64,000 nt of DNA, from assembly GCF_006345805.1 (NCBI RefSeq), contig NW_021832128.1, positions 124,001 to 188,000 of the forward strand, read 5' to 3'. The notes beneath the pieces are model-generated. The model made no database searches, was not told the origin of the DNA, and saw only the letters and a program-made list of their open reading frames with translations. The DNA comes from Octopus sinensis. Lineage: Eukaryota. Both the position numbers and the translations under genes were made by a program. Positions 61,901 through 64,000 of this stretch are shown here, in pieces (position 1 is the first letter of the stretch; each line of letters begins with the position of its first letter).

Positions 61901-64000
61901 GATATATGCGTGAAAGGACCCAAGACGCCTTGACCTACGTGCGCATTTACGGCCGGCTGGACCTCTTTATCACCTACACGTGCAATCCCAGCTGCGACGA
62001 AATCACTCGCGAACTCCTCCCGGGTCAATCTCACACCCATCGACACGACATCGTTGCTAGGGTTTTCGGTCTGAATTTGGGCAAAATGAAGGATTTGATA
62101 GTTAAGGGTCAGATTTTCGGGCATGTCAGGTGCCACATGTTTTCGGTTGAGTGGCCAAAGAGGGGCTTGCCACATGCTCACATCTTAATTTGGCTAACTC
62201 ATAAAATCGAGACTAATGATATTGACAAATTCATTTCCGCCGAAATTCCTGACCCCGATGAGGACCCCGAACTCTACGAAATTGCCCGCACTACCATGGT
62301 ACATGGGCCCTGTGGACCAAATTACGCCAACACACCATGCTGCAACAACGGATTAGCCTGCTCAAAGGGATTCCCTAAACGGTTCACTTTGGAGACTCAA
62401 ACAGGCGGCGATGGGTATCCTCTGTACAAACGAAGGAGTCCAGCCAATGGAGGCCGCACGATTACGGTTGGGCGACATCAAGTGGACAACAGCTACATTG
62501 TCCCCTACTGTCCTCTCCTGTCGAAGATATTCAAAGCCCACGTCAACGTTGAGTTCTTCAGCTCTATCAGGTCAATACAATATGTCTGCAAATATATCAA
62601 CAAAGGCAGCGATGCTGCCATGTTCAGCATCCAGAGGACCACCAGTTGCGACGAAGTGTCCAACTACTTGGCTGGCCGGTACCTCAGCAGCAACGAAGCG
62701 TTTTGGCGCATTTACGGCTTCCCGCTCCATCAGAGACACCCGGCTGTGGTGCAGCTTGCTGTACACTTGGAAAATGGACAGCGGATTTACTTCACAGAGC
62801 AAAGTGCTGTGCAGATAGCCACCAGCCCTAAAGACACAACGTTGACTGGTTTCTTCAAATTATGCCAACGTGATGACTTCGCTCGAACGCTTTTGTACCC
62901 ACAGGTCCCATCGTACTTCGTGTGGTCTAAAAACACCTGGGTTCGACGGAAATCCGGCAAAAACGTTGAAGGCTTCCCAGGCGTCAAGTTTGACTCCTGC
63001 CTGGGTCGAGTTTACAACATCCCGCCAAACCAGCAAGAATGCTTCTACCTCCGTCTCCTACATGAGGTCACTGGTCCAACAGGTTTTGGCAATATACGTA
63101 CCGTCAATGGGGTTCTGTGCGACACCTTCAGGGAAGCATGTATGAGACTTGGCCTTCTAGAGGATGACTCCCAGTGGGACGACACGATGGCAGAGGGCGC
63201 TTTACTGCAAACGCCTTTGGCCCTACGACATCTTTTCGCAATCCTTCTTCAAAAATATCAGCTTAGTCACCCACTAAGTCTCTGGATGAAATACAGGGAT
63301 GACATGTTGCACGACTTCTTACGTACGGCTCAGCAACACTGCCCTTCCGCCGAGATCACGTTCACCAACTTCATTTACAATTTTGCGCTCATTCAACTCG
63401 AAGACGCTGTCATCGATATGGATGGGTCTGCTTTAACAGAGTACGGCCTTCCACCACCCACACGTGAACACGCCAATGTTATGTCTGCTGAATTGTTACG
63501 CGAAAATTCCTACTGCATTGAGGAACTGCACTAGTACGTCCAAGATAATGAACCATGGCTGCTTCCAGACCAGTGCATAGCCTACAACACCATCGTAGAC
63601 TCTGTCAGACAGCAACGTGGGGGGATCTTCTTCCTTGATGCACCCGGCGGCACTGGCAAAACCTTCGTCACTAAACTAATTCTGGCGGAGGTCAGACGCA
63701 ACACGGACATTGCCCTGGCTGTAGCTTCCTCTGGTATCGCGGCCACGTTGCTTCCGGGTGGCAGAACCACCCACTCTGCCTTCAGACTCCCGCTTGATCT
63801 GGCAAAGTCCGAGTCACCTATCTGCAACATCGCCAAGAACTCAGAACAGGCCGACATTCTGTGCAGATGCAAACTCATCGTATGGGACGAGTGCACTATG
63901 GCACACAAAGGCGCCCTTGAGGCACTGGACAGGTCCCTGCAAGACATCAGAGACTCTACGGCCCCCATGGGAGGATTAACTTTACTTCTTTCAGGAGACT
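58910..64000 (+). mobile_element. Near-autonomous Helitron (RepHel) truncated by the window end
   Basis: 5' A|TC at 58910. ORF from ATG 60058 with R/A-rich repeats, CxxC..CC..GK zinc motif, Rep HUH motif VEWPKRGLPHAHILIWL and YVCKYINKG, then PIF1 Walker A DAPGGTGKT and IVWDECTM. In-frame stops at 60874, ~61002 and 63532. Confidence 0.95.

Noticed and set aside
60320-63145. Alternative-frame and antisense ORFs overlapping the Helitron (likewise those over the LINEs)
   Set aside because: By-products of GC-rich coding sequence with no independent motifs.

Overview
Eukaryotic (not prokaryotic), AT-rich and repeat-dense DNA. The RTE-tailed SINEs, RTE LINEs and long (TA)n tracts resemble what I recall from Octopus genomes, so the taxon is an inference. 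One host gene is recognisable on the + strand, an AAGAB (alpha/gamma-adaptin-binding p34) orthologue. Its coding exon 1 (35557-35623) is absent from the ORF track, exon 2 is at 49201-49382, and I found no further exon in the window. The rest is mostly nested mobile DNA: three Ty3/gypsy families, two mariners, MULE, hAT, piggyBac-like and unclassified MITEs, foldback elements, RTE and CR1 LINEs, Penelope-like elements, two Helitron families (one near-autonomous copy runs off the right edge) and a ~46-copy 32-bp minisatellite. The most notable observation is six hammerhead-ribozyme (HHR) motifs of three kinds. Two of them (31765-31809 and 54086-54128, both minus strand) carry a compensatory U3-A8 core (UUGACAA). 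Each sits in a ~360-nt terminally redundant unit with a 5' inversion, and one has a 13-bp target-site duplication (TSD). Together these look like a family of retrotransposed circular RNAs (non-LTR-retrozyme-like). Most short ORFs in the track, especially the YIYI-rich ones, are artefacts of microsatellites or antisense frames. All alignments and folds were done by eye.
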